Source of the DNA: Podarcis bocagei
Lineage: Eukaryota
Assembly (NCBI GenBank): GCA_964188305.1
Contig: OZ076890.1
DNA: 64,000 bases
Reading direction: 5' to 3' (one strand)
This document shows, one piece after another, positions 52,351 through 62,482 of this stretch. The stretch's first letter is position 1. Each line of letters opens with the position of its first letter. The position numbers were made by a program, and so were the translations under genes. Under the pieces are notes generated by a model that was given only the letters and a program-made list of their open reading frames with translations, was not told the origin of the DNA and ran no database searches.

Positions 52351-53815
52351 TCATAGGTCATGTATTATTGTTGAATATTCCAAGTATGTATAACTATCAC
52401 TCAAATAGCTCATATGTTTTCTTTCTGTCCCATATAAACACATGGTTACCCCAGTAACTACTATCCCTAAATTCTGGGATACTAAATTTAAAGTAAACGG
52501 TCCTGCTCAGTATCCTTGCATATATACAGAGTCAAGAAGGAAGGAATCTGCTAATTTCAGTGTTTCCCCTCTTCTCTCTAATCAGGTAATTGCAAAACTG
52601 TGTATGTGGATAGCATGGTCAGAGATTATAGGTCATATTTAGTTGCAACCCAATAGGTTTCCATTGTTATAGCAACCAATCTGTATGCTTGTTTGTTCAA
52701 GAAGTGAATTATAAGATGGTAAACTAAATTGGTTCTTTTTATTGGTAATTTTTGTTGTACTAAGGAAGTACACTTCCATAGTGTACGCTAGTGAACGCTA
52801 GTAAGTAGCAATGCATTACCTCAGAAGCAGGTCAGGCCCTGTTTAAATGCAGTGTTCTCAATTCCTCTCCCAGGCCGCACCTTTCTCTGTATCAAGGATA
52901 AATATTCCTATTCTGTATTTTTATTTGGGTACTATTTGTGTTGTTAGCACTAGGATTACTGATTGGCTGAAAACATTTTGCTCCCACCTTTGTAAAACTA
53001 AGGTAGCTCCCAACATTCAGGATAGCACTACAATGCAGCAACTCGAGGCTAGGTCGCATTCTGCTCCTTAAAAGCTTACGTTTTTCTGGGTCTCCAGCAA
53101 GCAAGGAATGGTAAGGTTTTCTATGAAAATATTTCCAAAGAACCACAGCACCTAGCATAAAGGACTCCCTCTCTACCTCTGCTGTATCCATGCGGGTCGT
53201 GTGGTGCAGCATCTGTAGCAGGGCAACACTGGTGACATTAAAAGGAAGGTGGAGGAGGCTCCCATGGTAAAAATGTTTCCCATGTGGTAATTTTGATAAT
53301 AAATTCTGCTACTATAGCAGTGATATTGAAGTCAACACAATGAAGGCATAACTTTTGCTATTAAAGTGCGTATTTTAATTAATCTTATTAGTCAGTTAAA
53401 AAATGAAATTTAACCTCAGATTCTTAAACCTCACATCGATCTTGCACATGGCTCACCAATCCTGTCACCTTCACTCCAGGTACCTTGTTAAGCTCTAACT
53501 ATTCATTTAGTGAAAGAAATCTTACCATTAAGGAGGCTGCCATCCCACAGGAATGGACTTGACATGCCTATGGACTTTCAGCCATAACCTCACACTCCAG
53601 ATGTCCCTTTGAACCCCAGGGGGCAGAGGTCTCTTCTATGGGCATCTTCTCTTGCTTCCTCAGTGCTTACTTTGCATGGACAATGTCTTGTACTCTTCAA
53701 ACCTCATCCACCTCCATTGGGTTAGAAGGTGCTCAGTTTCACTAGGTCAATGGTACCACTTCGTAGGTGTATACCATCACTGCTATTTTTTACTTTATAC
53801 ACTTAATCAAACAAT

Positions 53816-53926
53816 AGGTGATAGCTAACTAGGATATACTCAGAGCAGATCCACCGCAATCAATTACTTAGGTCTATTATTTCAGTGGGTATACTCTGAA
53901 TATGACTAACACTGGATATCATCCAA
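53816..53926. repeat. Short palindromic repeat (related copy at about 30741-30837)
   Basis: GGTGATAGCTAACTA…ACTCAGAG…ACTCTGAATA…GGATATCATCCA, imperfect inverted symmetry. Confidence 0.45.
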
Positions 53927-54974
53927 TGAGTCTGTAAAGGTTGTAAGATTATATCCAACAATTATTTATCCTCACTTGTTCTATATTTCTGCTCTGTTGT
54001 GGCTATTCCCCATAATACTTCAGATGTGCGTTGTGTTGTGATAGACACCATCGCTGAACACATTTCCAAGTCTCTGTAGCAGGTCAAACTTATGTGTGCA
54101 AATCCCCCAGTCGCCCCATGACCACTAGACACCCCAGCTTCTTATTCTGCTTCGGAAAATATAACAGGTCCATGTGTGAACTAGCCCTAGCTCTAGAAAC
54201 TTTCCAGCCCTTGTGTAGTTAAAGAAAGTAATGTGTGAACCAGGGCAATTTTGTTGGCAGGGCACCACTTCCCATCAATGACTCACATATGGGTGTGGGC
54301 TCACTATGTGAATCCACATGCTCACACAAATGGCATAAATTTGGCCATCAACGTAACTGAGCCAGCCTCATGTGTTACTTTCTCCACGTGACTGTATCTA
54401 CAAGGCCGTTCCACCTGGGGAATTTTAGGTTATCTGAAGGAGCTCACTCAAGTGTTGAACAATCAAGTAAAGGGAAATCAAGTGCTGTACATGGATGTGG
54501 GGGGGGGGGTTGTCTTTAGATATGGAGTCCTCTGGATTGCATCCATTGTGACCTACATCAGAAACCCAGCATGATTTTGTTCTCAAGATGCACTGGTAGC
54601 ATCGACAACAGTTCTATCGTAGAGTTACAAGCATGTGTGCTCATACTGAGTACTCTTGTGTATCTCAACCCATGCACCTTGAGCTACAAAGAATTTTAGG
54701 TTATGACCTTTAGCATTTTCTCAAAAAGTGCTGTTGGAATCAAGAGGGTGCCAGGTTTCCATACGTAAAATGAGACAGCACTTGACTGAATAGTCAGTCA
54801 TTGTATGACACACCACATTTATGCCATTTCAATATCAAGTTATTTATGTATGCAATTCAGAAAAGACTGCTAGGTCTCTCCAGCCCATTGTATCACACCA
54901 ACTCAAATTCTCAAAAAATAAAAAATAAAAATTCAAGACAAAGCCTCAACATTGTACAAAACAACTTCTGAAAC

Positions 54975-54980
54975 TTTATT
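54975..54980 (-). promoter_or_regulatory. Candidate poly(A) signal of a minus-strand host transcript
   Basis: On the minus strand, AATAAA is followed by a GT/T-rich downstream tract (GTTGTTTTGTAC…TTTTTATTTTTTATTTTTTGAG) and preceded by about 1 kb of U-rich, TGTA-rich, repeat-poor sequence. Confidence 0.45.
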
Positions 54981-56135
54981 GTGAATTTTTCCCCAAGGTA
55001 CATTTAGTAAATGATCATAGCCTTAAAATCATCAGTTAAAAAATATAAGTTGAAAGAAGTCCACATTTAAGCAAAGTTAAGTTTCAGTACAGACTTTAAA
55101 AGTCACAGAATATAAATATATACAATTATATGAATGAGATAAAATTGCAATTACATTAGGTTATATATAGATATAGAGATATATTGTAAATAAATAGGGT
55201 TTTGATTTGACAGGCATGAGAGGCATACTGCTTTACATTTAAAGTGTTCAACAAAATGAAGCAAAAAATGGAATGTAGTACAATTTGCAAATACAGTGAT
55301 TCTTAAAACCTTATATCTTTTCTTCTGTCAATATTTAAATTATAATGTACAAATATCAATTTTATAAAGGGCAGCCATTAGCTTTCACCAGCCTTGCAAA
55401 TAAGTCCAGGAAATGTCCTAATTCACATATATGGGGTTTGTTTTGTCTTGTATCATCCCACCTACCCACACATTTGTGGTATAAAAGAAGCAAAGTTTGT
55501 CATGTTTTGCTGTGCAACCACCTGCAAGCAATTCCAATTCATCAAGGCAACTGGGCAAGTCGGTATTTGCAAGCCTGGCTTTCACCATCCAAACCGAAGC
55601 ATTACTTTGCTATACATGTGCTTAGTGAATTTCCAGCCGAGTGGTAGATATAAAGTACACAAAATATCTCAGATAAATGCATAGAATCTTTTTATCTAAA
55701 CTACTTACATGATAAATACATAGCAACAGGATTGAAATAGAATGAATATCTGAATTTTGCAGCTTTTTTCCCCCTTGTAAAAGAATGTGTTGAGAAAATG
55801 TATTCATTCACCAGTCCAGTGAACATGTACATACTTTTGTAAAATATTGCCTACCCTGTACTGGCACATGGAAGGAGTACACCCCCCACATGAACTGTTA
55901 TTATTTATGCAATGCTTTCAAACCATATTATTATTAATCCATAGTGACCACATCATACACACATAGCAGGAATATGTGCTTACTAAATACTGAGGAATAA
56001 TAACTGTTGAGTAGTAAATAATTATATTGGAAATGCTCCAAGTGAGCACAACTGTGTTCTTCTTATTATTATTTTTTACATTAACTAACATCATGGTATA
56101 CAAAATGCAGGTCATGGGCCAAGGGAGGCTGAGGT

Positions 56136-56212
56136 GGCAATCCTATGTGCACTTACCTGGGAGTAAGTTCCATTGGAGTCAATGGGCTTACATCTCAGGA
56201 AGATTACACTGC
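56136..56212. repeat. Short GCAATCCT…GGATTGC-family interspersed repeat (related copies at about 8593-8900, 29903-29985, 42764-42830)
   Basis: Shared GCAATCCTAT…ACTTACCTGGGAGTAAGT.CCATTG..TCAATGGG.CTTAC core. Confidence 0.5.
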
Positions 56213-56933
56213 TAAGTTTCTTTTCTATCCCCCCCCCCATTTAACGGGCATTGGGTAAACAGGTAGATCAATGTTTCACCTATCCATGTCAAGCAGGTGC
56301 TTGTATGGCCTGTTCTTCCCTCCACTTATCTGCCCCAATCCCATAATGAAGATCTGCAGTCAGAAATAGGTTTTGATATATGCAGCTAATGCAGATGGGT
56401 CCATCTTTATCATAATACTCACTGGGTCTCCACTGAACTGGCTAGACACCTCTTTGGGTGCATGTGGGCATTAACCAACTATTGCATGCAAGACTAGAGC
56501 AGGACTAGTTGTTTAGATTGTCAGCAGGAGCAAGGTTCTGTTTTCCACACACTTTTTTCTTCCCTATGTTGGTTCTTCAATTTTGAAGCACATTTCTAGA
56601 CTCTGTCATTCTAATTCCCACCCATGCCCCTTCTATCAAATCGCCCTCCATGTTCTCAGTTTGGTGCTCACCTACTAAATTAGAATGAAGGATGAAGGAT
56701 GAGCTCACAAAATAATCTTAAAAATTGTGTTTATGTGTTTCCAAAGACACAGCATGTATATTCAATTTAACAATTGTTCTCTTCCTTTTCTGCCACATTA
56801 ACAAAATTAAGATGCACTTCAGACTGAAAGACAGGGGCAATCCAATGTGGTTGAAAACACTGCACTTTCATGATATATTTTTTTTAACCTTTTAAAAAAG
56901 GAAAGTAAAAAAGAAACAAACTGAGATCTTCCC

Positions 56934-56943
56934 CAAGATGGCG
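56934..56943 (+). promoter_or_regulatory. YY1-type motif CAAGATGGCG near the LINE 5' end (candidate internal Pol II promoter element)
   Basis: Matches the YY1 consensus (AAGATGGCG) 11 nt from the inferred 5' end, analogous to the YY1 site in the human L1 5' UTR. Confidence 0.55.
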
Positions 56944-57496
56944 CCGAGGTAAGACGCTCTTATCGGAGCTCAAAGAATTTCTTAACTAAATGCCTTTGTT
57001 GCCGGCTCTCCTCCTTCTTCTGGATTTTATTTCCTTTCGCTACTTCGCTGGGCTTTTGAACATCTTATCTTATCCTCCTCGGTGCCGGGACTTAGTGAAG
57101 TTAATGAAGTTTTAACGAAGGCTCTCAGACATTCCCTCCCGGGCATTAAGGCACTCCCTCCCAGTTTCTCGTTGACTCCTCGTGACAAACTTATCCCAAG
57201 GATCTTTAAGGACCTCTAATGGGCTTTTAACCCTAAAAACTATAAATTTATAAAACCACAAATTTCTCCCACCACCTCTAATTTCGTGGACCCCCAAACA
57301 TCTCAGCTGTTTTAACAAACTGAGAAGAAGGGGGGGGATACTTCAAAGGAGTGCTCTAATTGGACCCAGTTTTAAACTCCTCGCAGCAGCCCAGCCAGGA
57401 CTGAATGAGAACTGAATGAGATTGCGACCTGAGAACTTTAACACTCTATCACTCCGTTTAAAAGTCTGATCTCATTGATTTAAGAAGAATCTAGCA

Positions 57497-59137
57497 ATGA
57501 GAAGAGCCAAAAGACTCAGATGTTCTGATACAGAAACTGACGCAGAGCCCTCCGGTTTCAAACAGAGTAATCTAGATAATTACCTGCTACCTCAAAAACA
57601 GCACATATCTCCTCCCAAAACCTTCCTCAATTCTTTACATGGAAAGACAGTTGAAGAGATATCCCTAGGAATAAATGAGGACAAGGCTACTACTCCCATA
57701 ATCGAGGCACAAGTGCTAATTGATAGAAAGGTGGAGCTGCTGGAGGAATGCTGCCTAATGACTGCTCAAACAGTTCAAAAAATCTTTGAACAATTACAAA
57801 ACATCTCCAAGAAGCTGGATAACCCAGATGAAAGGAGGCAACTCACTCCCTTTTTGCCATCCTTAATAAGCCCTGGAGACAAACAGAACAAATACAAATT
57901 TATACCTCTAAACCAGCCAAAAACCAGAGGAAGCCCCCCTCACTCAGTCAACCTGATACTGAGGCCATGCGAGATTGTTCTCCACATTTTTCCATATAGA
58001 GGGCCCCTACCTTACTGGGAGTCATCCTTCTGGGCCAGACACCATCTAAATCTGCTCCTAGGCCTTGAGGGTGGAAGCATCGACCTAAAAGCAGTCAAGA
58101 GGCTCACTAACGATGGACATTCCAAAAAAGTACTACTAAAATTTGGTAGTCATAGAATTCCAACCAAAATCCTAAGGGTAAAGGCTTATTTAGCCCAGAA
58201 AGGAATTATTCCGTGTCGACACTTTGAAGATATATCACTCAGACCATTGATTGCATCTAAAAGACAGAACAAGATGAATAAGGCCATTCTACCAGAAGCC
58301 GACATCTGCCCTACTCCCGTGGAAGAACCCAGTAGATGGGAGAAACCGCAGCCAGCTACCCGGGAAATCACACAAGAAAAATCCAAGCTCTCAAACCAAG
58401 CGACTGTAGCATCAAATAACAGCCTCGCCCTTGATACAATAGACTGGACAGTCCCAGAAGAAGTAGATCTGCTGAGTAACTTTACCAAGCTACCAGACAA
58501 AGAACAAATAAACATACTCAGTAAATTGACGAAACTACAGGCCAGATTGACCGAAATTCACCAACAAGGGCAACAAAATGCAGTAGAAACAATACACAAT
58601 CAAACTTTACACTTTCCAGCCCTCTCCCCTAAATGCATAGTCAAAAAGAAAGCCACCAATGGAACTTTCAAATGTATAGATGCAGACCTTCAAATCCAGC
58701 CTCCTTTAGAATATGAAATGGCAAGGAAAAACTCCAGCAATGAGACCACAAATTCCTGGCTGAGATATCAAATACTAGCTCTAAACGAAATAGGTACCCC
58801 TTATTTAAGTACTACAAAGGACTCTAACATTGCTGAAAAAAAGATGACCTCCAACAGACCTGATTCACTGAGCCCAACATCAAATGAGGCCAAAGAAATG
58901 GAACTAGAGACTGAAAACAGTCCTACTGTCCACAACAGTCTACCAACCACAGAAATTTCTCAGGAACAAGGAATAGTTAAGGAAGAAAACCAAGAAAGGG
59001 AGGAAATCTTAATTTCCCGCACTTTAAAAAAGAATCTAAAAGACCCACCATTATGTTCCCCGCCGAAAGCAGTGACAAATGGCTGTATCTGCACAAGACA
59101 AAATCCCTCGCTGGACTCAATAACAGAACTAGAATGA
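57497..59137 (+). CDS. LINE ORF1 protein (546 aa), putative RNA-binding/chaperone
   Basis: Long uninterrupted ORF directly upstream of the APE-RT ORF. Basic N-terminus (MRRAKRLR), amphipathic helical segment (VELLEECCLMTAQTVQKIFEQLQNISKKLD), central hydrophobic/basic domain possibly RRM-like (inference), low-complexity S/T/E/N/K-rich C-terminal half. Confidence 0.85.
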   Translation: MRRAKRLRCSDTETDAEPSGFKQSNLDNYLLPQKQHISPPKTFLNSLHGKTVEEISLGINEDKATTPIIEAQVLIDRKVELLEECCLMTAQTVQKIFEQLQNISKKLDNPDERRQLTPFLPSLISPGDKQNKYKFIPLNQPKTRGSPPHSVNLILRPCEIVLHIFPYRGPLPYWESSFWARHHLNLLLGLEGGSIDLKAVKRLTNDGHSKKVLLKFGSHRIPTKILRVKAYLAQKGIIPCRHFEDISLRPLIASKRQNKMNKAILPEADICPTPVEEPSRWEKPQPATREITQEKSKLSNQATVASNNSLALDTIDWTVPEEVDLLSNFTKLPDKEQINILSKLTKLQARLTEIHQQGQQNAVETIHNQTLHFPALSPKCIVKKKATNGTFKCIDADLQIQPPLEYEMARKNSSNETTNSWLRYQILALNEIGTPYLSTTKDSNIAEKKMTSNRPDSLSPTSNEAKEMELETENSPTVHNSLPTTEISQEQGIVKEENQEREEILISRTLKKNLKDPPLCSPPKAVTNGCICTRQNPSLDSITELE

Positions 59138-62100
59138 CTAAATGCTGTCAACCAGCCATCAACTCAAAAACGGATCCTACGCTTGCTGTCCTGGAATATT
59201 GCAGGGTGGGGAAACAAAGACGGAGACCCAGACCTAATGAACTTCCTTAAAGATTTTGAATTAATACTTCTACAAGAAACATGGTCAACTAGAGATATTA
59301 AAATCAATGGATTCACCTCCTATACGAAACCCGCAGTGAAAACAAACACGAAGGGCCGGCCGAAAGCAGGGTTCTGTTGCATGATCAAAGACAACTTAGG
59401 GTTTGAAATCAAGCAGCTAGAAAAATGCTTACCACTTGCACAAGCTCTACTTTTAACCCAAAAAGACGATACTTTGCTACTTGTAAATGTCTATATCCCC
59501 CCAACCAAAAACAACAGCAGCAGTGAAAATTGGTCACAACTAACCTTTTATATAGAAAATTTGATCGATAAATACCCAAATGCCTCACTGATAATAGCAG
59601 GTGATTTTAATGCCAGAGTGGGAACCAACAATGAACAACTATGTAGCAAACTAAATTGGAATACTGATAATGATATCGCACATGCTCTGAAAATAGGACG
59701 ATTCTCCAGAGATAGGGTTGTAAACAACGAAGGCTTACGCCTACTTGAATTATGTAACAACTTTAATTTGCAGATTGTGAACGGTTCAACAAAAGGCGAT
59801 AGAAGCGGGGAGTTTACATACTTCTCCCCCCGAGGATGCAGTGTCATCGACTATATTCTTGTCCCTTATAATATTATAAATTCAATCATGGACCTCAAAA
59901 TTGGAACGCGTACTGAAAGCGACCATCAGCCATTATTGCTGTCTATTAACTTAAAGGACGAAACCAAAATAACCAAGTACAATATCATAGAACCTTCTCA
60001 ATACAAACAAATGACCCAATTAAAATGGTCCCAGGAAATGAGTGCAGCAGTGGGGCAAAAACTTACAGCCAACCTGAGAAAACAAGTATTATCCAACTTA
60101 AAGACCACTAATCCCTACAGTGATATTCCGAAAATTTATAATGAAATCTTCCAAATGTTCGTAGAGCTTAGTACTCCACCTAAAGTTTGGGTACTTAAAC
60201 ATAGCGCTAGCCCTTGGTTTGATGATGAATGTTTCCAGCTAAAAAGAAAGCTGCGCCAAACATTTAAAAATAATCGCGCTAAACTAGAGCCCTCTTATCT
60301 TGATGAAAAAAGACAATACCATTACATTCTGGCCGAAAAGAAACAGAAATATGCAACCCAAAAATGGCTACAATTACTCGACTCAATTCAGAGTAAAAAC
60401 AACAAAGCGTTCTGGAACCTGGTGTACGGAGGATTGAAAGCCGAAAACCAACTAACTCTACCACCAATTGCAGAATCCAAATGGTCCCAATACTTCACAT
60501 CTGTATTTAACAATCTACACAGTGAACTCAAAGGAAATGAGACCACTAAAAATAAAATCAATAAACTCCAGGAGTGGCCAAGGGTAGAAGAAGAGGAAAT
60601 TAGAGAGATAGTTAAAAATTTCAAATCGGGGAAATCTCCTGGGCCAGATGGTCTACCAATAGAATTATTCAAGACCTATATAGATTGGTGGGCAGAACCC
60701 TTAGCTCAATTGTTTACTCTCATAGATAAATATGGGATCATACCTGAGATATGGTTAAGATCAATAATTATCCCAATCTTTAAAAACGGTGACCCAAAAG
60801 AACCAAGGAATTACAGACCGATAAGCCTATTATCAGTGATAGGGAAAATCTACGCCAAGCACCTTTTATCTAAACTTCTTACCTGGATGAAAAATCTAAA
60901 TTTACCAGGGAAAGAACAAATAGGTTTCTCCAAAGGTTGCTCTACATTAGACCACTGCCTTATACTTATGCATTTGGTTGAAAAATATAGATCCCAAAGG
61001 CAATCTAAGATATATGCTGCTTTTGTAGACTTTCGTGGTGCATTCGACTCAATTGACCGCCCAAAGCTGTGGAGGAAACTCGCAGAATTAAAAATTGATC
61101 AACGCTTATTGATTCTAATACAAAATCTATACTCTTCCAATACCTGTCAAGTCAAACTTAACACCAAAGGTCACCTTTCATCAGACATCCCAAACTCGAA
61201 AGGGGTAAAACAAGGGTGTATTCTCGCTCCCTTTCTATTTAATTTATTTTTATCAGACTTGCCAGATCACCTCCAAAAAATAGATTCACATGCCCCTAAA
61301 CTTAATCAGAAACCAGTTCCTCTCTTATTATACGCAGACGATGCTGTCCTACTATCATTAACGAGCTTGGGTCTGAAACGTCTTATATCTTCTCTGATCC
61401 TTTACTGCGAATGTAACAAACTCTCTATAAATTATGAGAAGACAAAAATTTTGGTCTTCTCGAATGGTTGGAAATTAGAGAAATGGAAAATAAGAGGGCA
61501 AGAAATCCAACAAGTGAAAATCTATAGGTATCTGGGAATCTTATTCCAGAGCAATTTAGGGTGGGCAAATCATCGCACAAATGCCATAAAACAGGCAAAG
61601 TGTACCTCATCAGCAGTTGCCCGTTTTTATTATCAGAAAGGTAATCAATTTATTCCTGCGGCCAATCAGATATTTCAAACAAAAGTGCAATCCCAGATAT
61701 TCTATGGAATCCCGCTATGGGTCCAAGCATATAACAGTGATTTAAAAAAGATTCACTCCAGCTTTCTGAGACGTATTCTTGGACTCCCAGCTGTGATCAA
61801 ATATGAAACAATGTGTGCAGAAATAGGCATACACACAATGGAATATTGGGCATGGTCCACCTCAATAAAGTACTGGTTACGCTGCCATTTTCGCTGCCCT
61901 CCATCAAGTCTGCTCGCTGATTTGCTCAAAGACTCCTATAAATCAAGATGGTATCAGTACCTCGAAAAAAAGATTGAATCTTTAGGCATCGAGCTGGAGC
62001 CCCTGTACAATTCTAATGAGCAATACATTTTCCATAATATCCTAACTAGACTAAAGGATGTCGAGAGACAAAATATTATGGCAGCTGTAAACAAAATTTG

Positions 62101-62482
62101 CTCCCCCATATTCTATGATTTAAATATCCTAGACAGCAGAGCCAATTACGTCACTAAATTAATAATCCCAGCCCAACGTAGGGCTTTTATGCTGGCCCGT
62201 TTGAATGTTTTTCCCTCAGCATTTGTCAGGGGAAGATATCAAAACATTCCTAGAAACAAGAGATTCTGCAGATGTTCTATGAATGTCCCGGACACTGTAG
62301 AGCATATTCTCTTTCATTGCCCATTGTACAGTATCCCACGTCAACGCGTGCTGTCCCCTCTTTTGGGTGGTCTGGAACCCCAGCAAGGTGAATGTGTGGG
62401 ATTCTGCCTATCCGACGTCGACCAAAGGGTAACGGCGGGGGTAGCCGAGTTTTTGGCAGCAGTCCTCCAAGGAGCAGGTTAA
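59138..62482 (+). CDS. LINE ORF2: apurinic-like endonuclease + reverse transcriptase + C-terminal Cys/His motif (open from the codon after the ORF1 stop; start codon unresolved)
   Basis: APE motifs SWNIAG, LQETW, NVYIPP, GDFNA, IDYI, SDH. RT motifs SPGPDG, NYRPISLL, FVDFRGAFDS, GVKQGCILAPFLFNLF, LYADD, YRYLG. C-terminal CRC-x9-H-x4-C. No stop codons over about 3.3 kb. The ORF track starts it at a TTG (59183), but the frame is open back to 59138. Confidence 0.95.
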   Translation, partial: LNAVNQPSTQKRILRLLSWNIAGWGNKDGDPDLMNFLKDFELILLQETWSTRDIKINGFTSYTKPAVKTNTKGRPKAGFCCMIKDNLGFEIKQLEKCLPLAQALLLTQKDDTLLLVNVYIPPTKNNSSSENWSQLTFYIENLIDKYPNASLIIAGDFNARVGTNNEQLCSKLNWNTDNDIAHALKIGRFSRDRVVNNEGLRLLELCNNFNLQIVNGSTKGDRSGEFTYFSPRGCSVIDYILVPYNIINSIMDLKIGTRTESDHQPLLLSINLKDETKITKYNIIEPSQYKQMTQLKWSQEMSAAVGQKLTANLRKQVLSNLKTTNPYSDIPKIYNEIFQMFVELSTPPKVWVLKHSASPWFDDECFQLKRKLRQTFKNNRAKLEPSYLDEKRQYHYILAEKKQKYATQKWLQLLDSIQSKNNKAFWNLVYGGLKAENQLTLPPIAESKWSQYFTSVFNNLHSELKGNETTKNKINKLQEWPRVEEEEIREIVKNFKSGKSPGPDGLPIELFKTYIDWWAEPLAQLFTLIDKYGIIPEIWLRSIIIPIFKNGDPKEPRNYRPISLLSVIGKIYAKHLLSKLLTWMKNLNLPGKEQIGFSKGCSTLDHCLILMHLVEKYRSQRQSKIYAAFVDFRGAFDSIDRPKLWRKLAELKIDQRLLILIQNLYSSNTCQVKLNTKGHLSSDIPNSKGVKQGCILAPFLFNLFLSDLPDHLQKIDSHAPKLNQKPVPLLLYADDAVLLSLTSLGLKRLISSLILYCECNKLSINYEKTKILVFSNGWKLEKWKIRGQEIQQVKIYRYLGILFQSNLGWANHRTNAIKQAKCTSSAVARFYYQKGNQFIPAANQIFQTKVQSQIFYGIPLWVQAYNSDLKKIHSSFLRRILGLPAVIKYETMCAEIGIHTMEYWAWSTSIKYWLRCHFRCPPSSLLADLLKDSYKSRWYQYLEKKIESLGIELEPLYNSNEQYIFHNILTRLKDVERQNIMAAVNKICSPIFYDLNILDSRANYVTKLIIPAQRRAFMLARLNVFPSAFVRGRYQNIPRNKRFCRCSMNVPDTVEHILFHCPLYSIPRQRVLSPLLGGLEPQQGECVGFCLSDVDQRVTAGVAEFLAAVLQGAG

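Noticed and set aside
59134-59250. ATG overlapping the ORF1 stop (ATGA) as the ORF2 start
   Set aside because: In this sequence it is out of frame with ORF2 and gives only a 38-aa peptide (MTKCC…NELP). Kept only as an alternative if this copy carries a 1-nt insertion.
58186-61610. Antisense ORFs inside the LINE
   Set aside because: Short shadows of the sense ORFs with no recognisable motifs.
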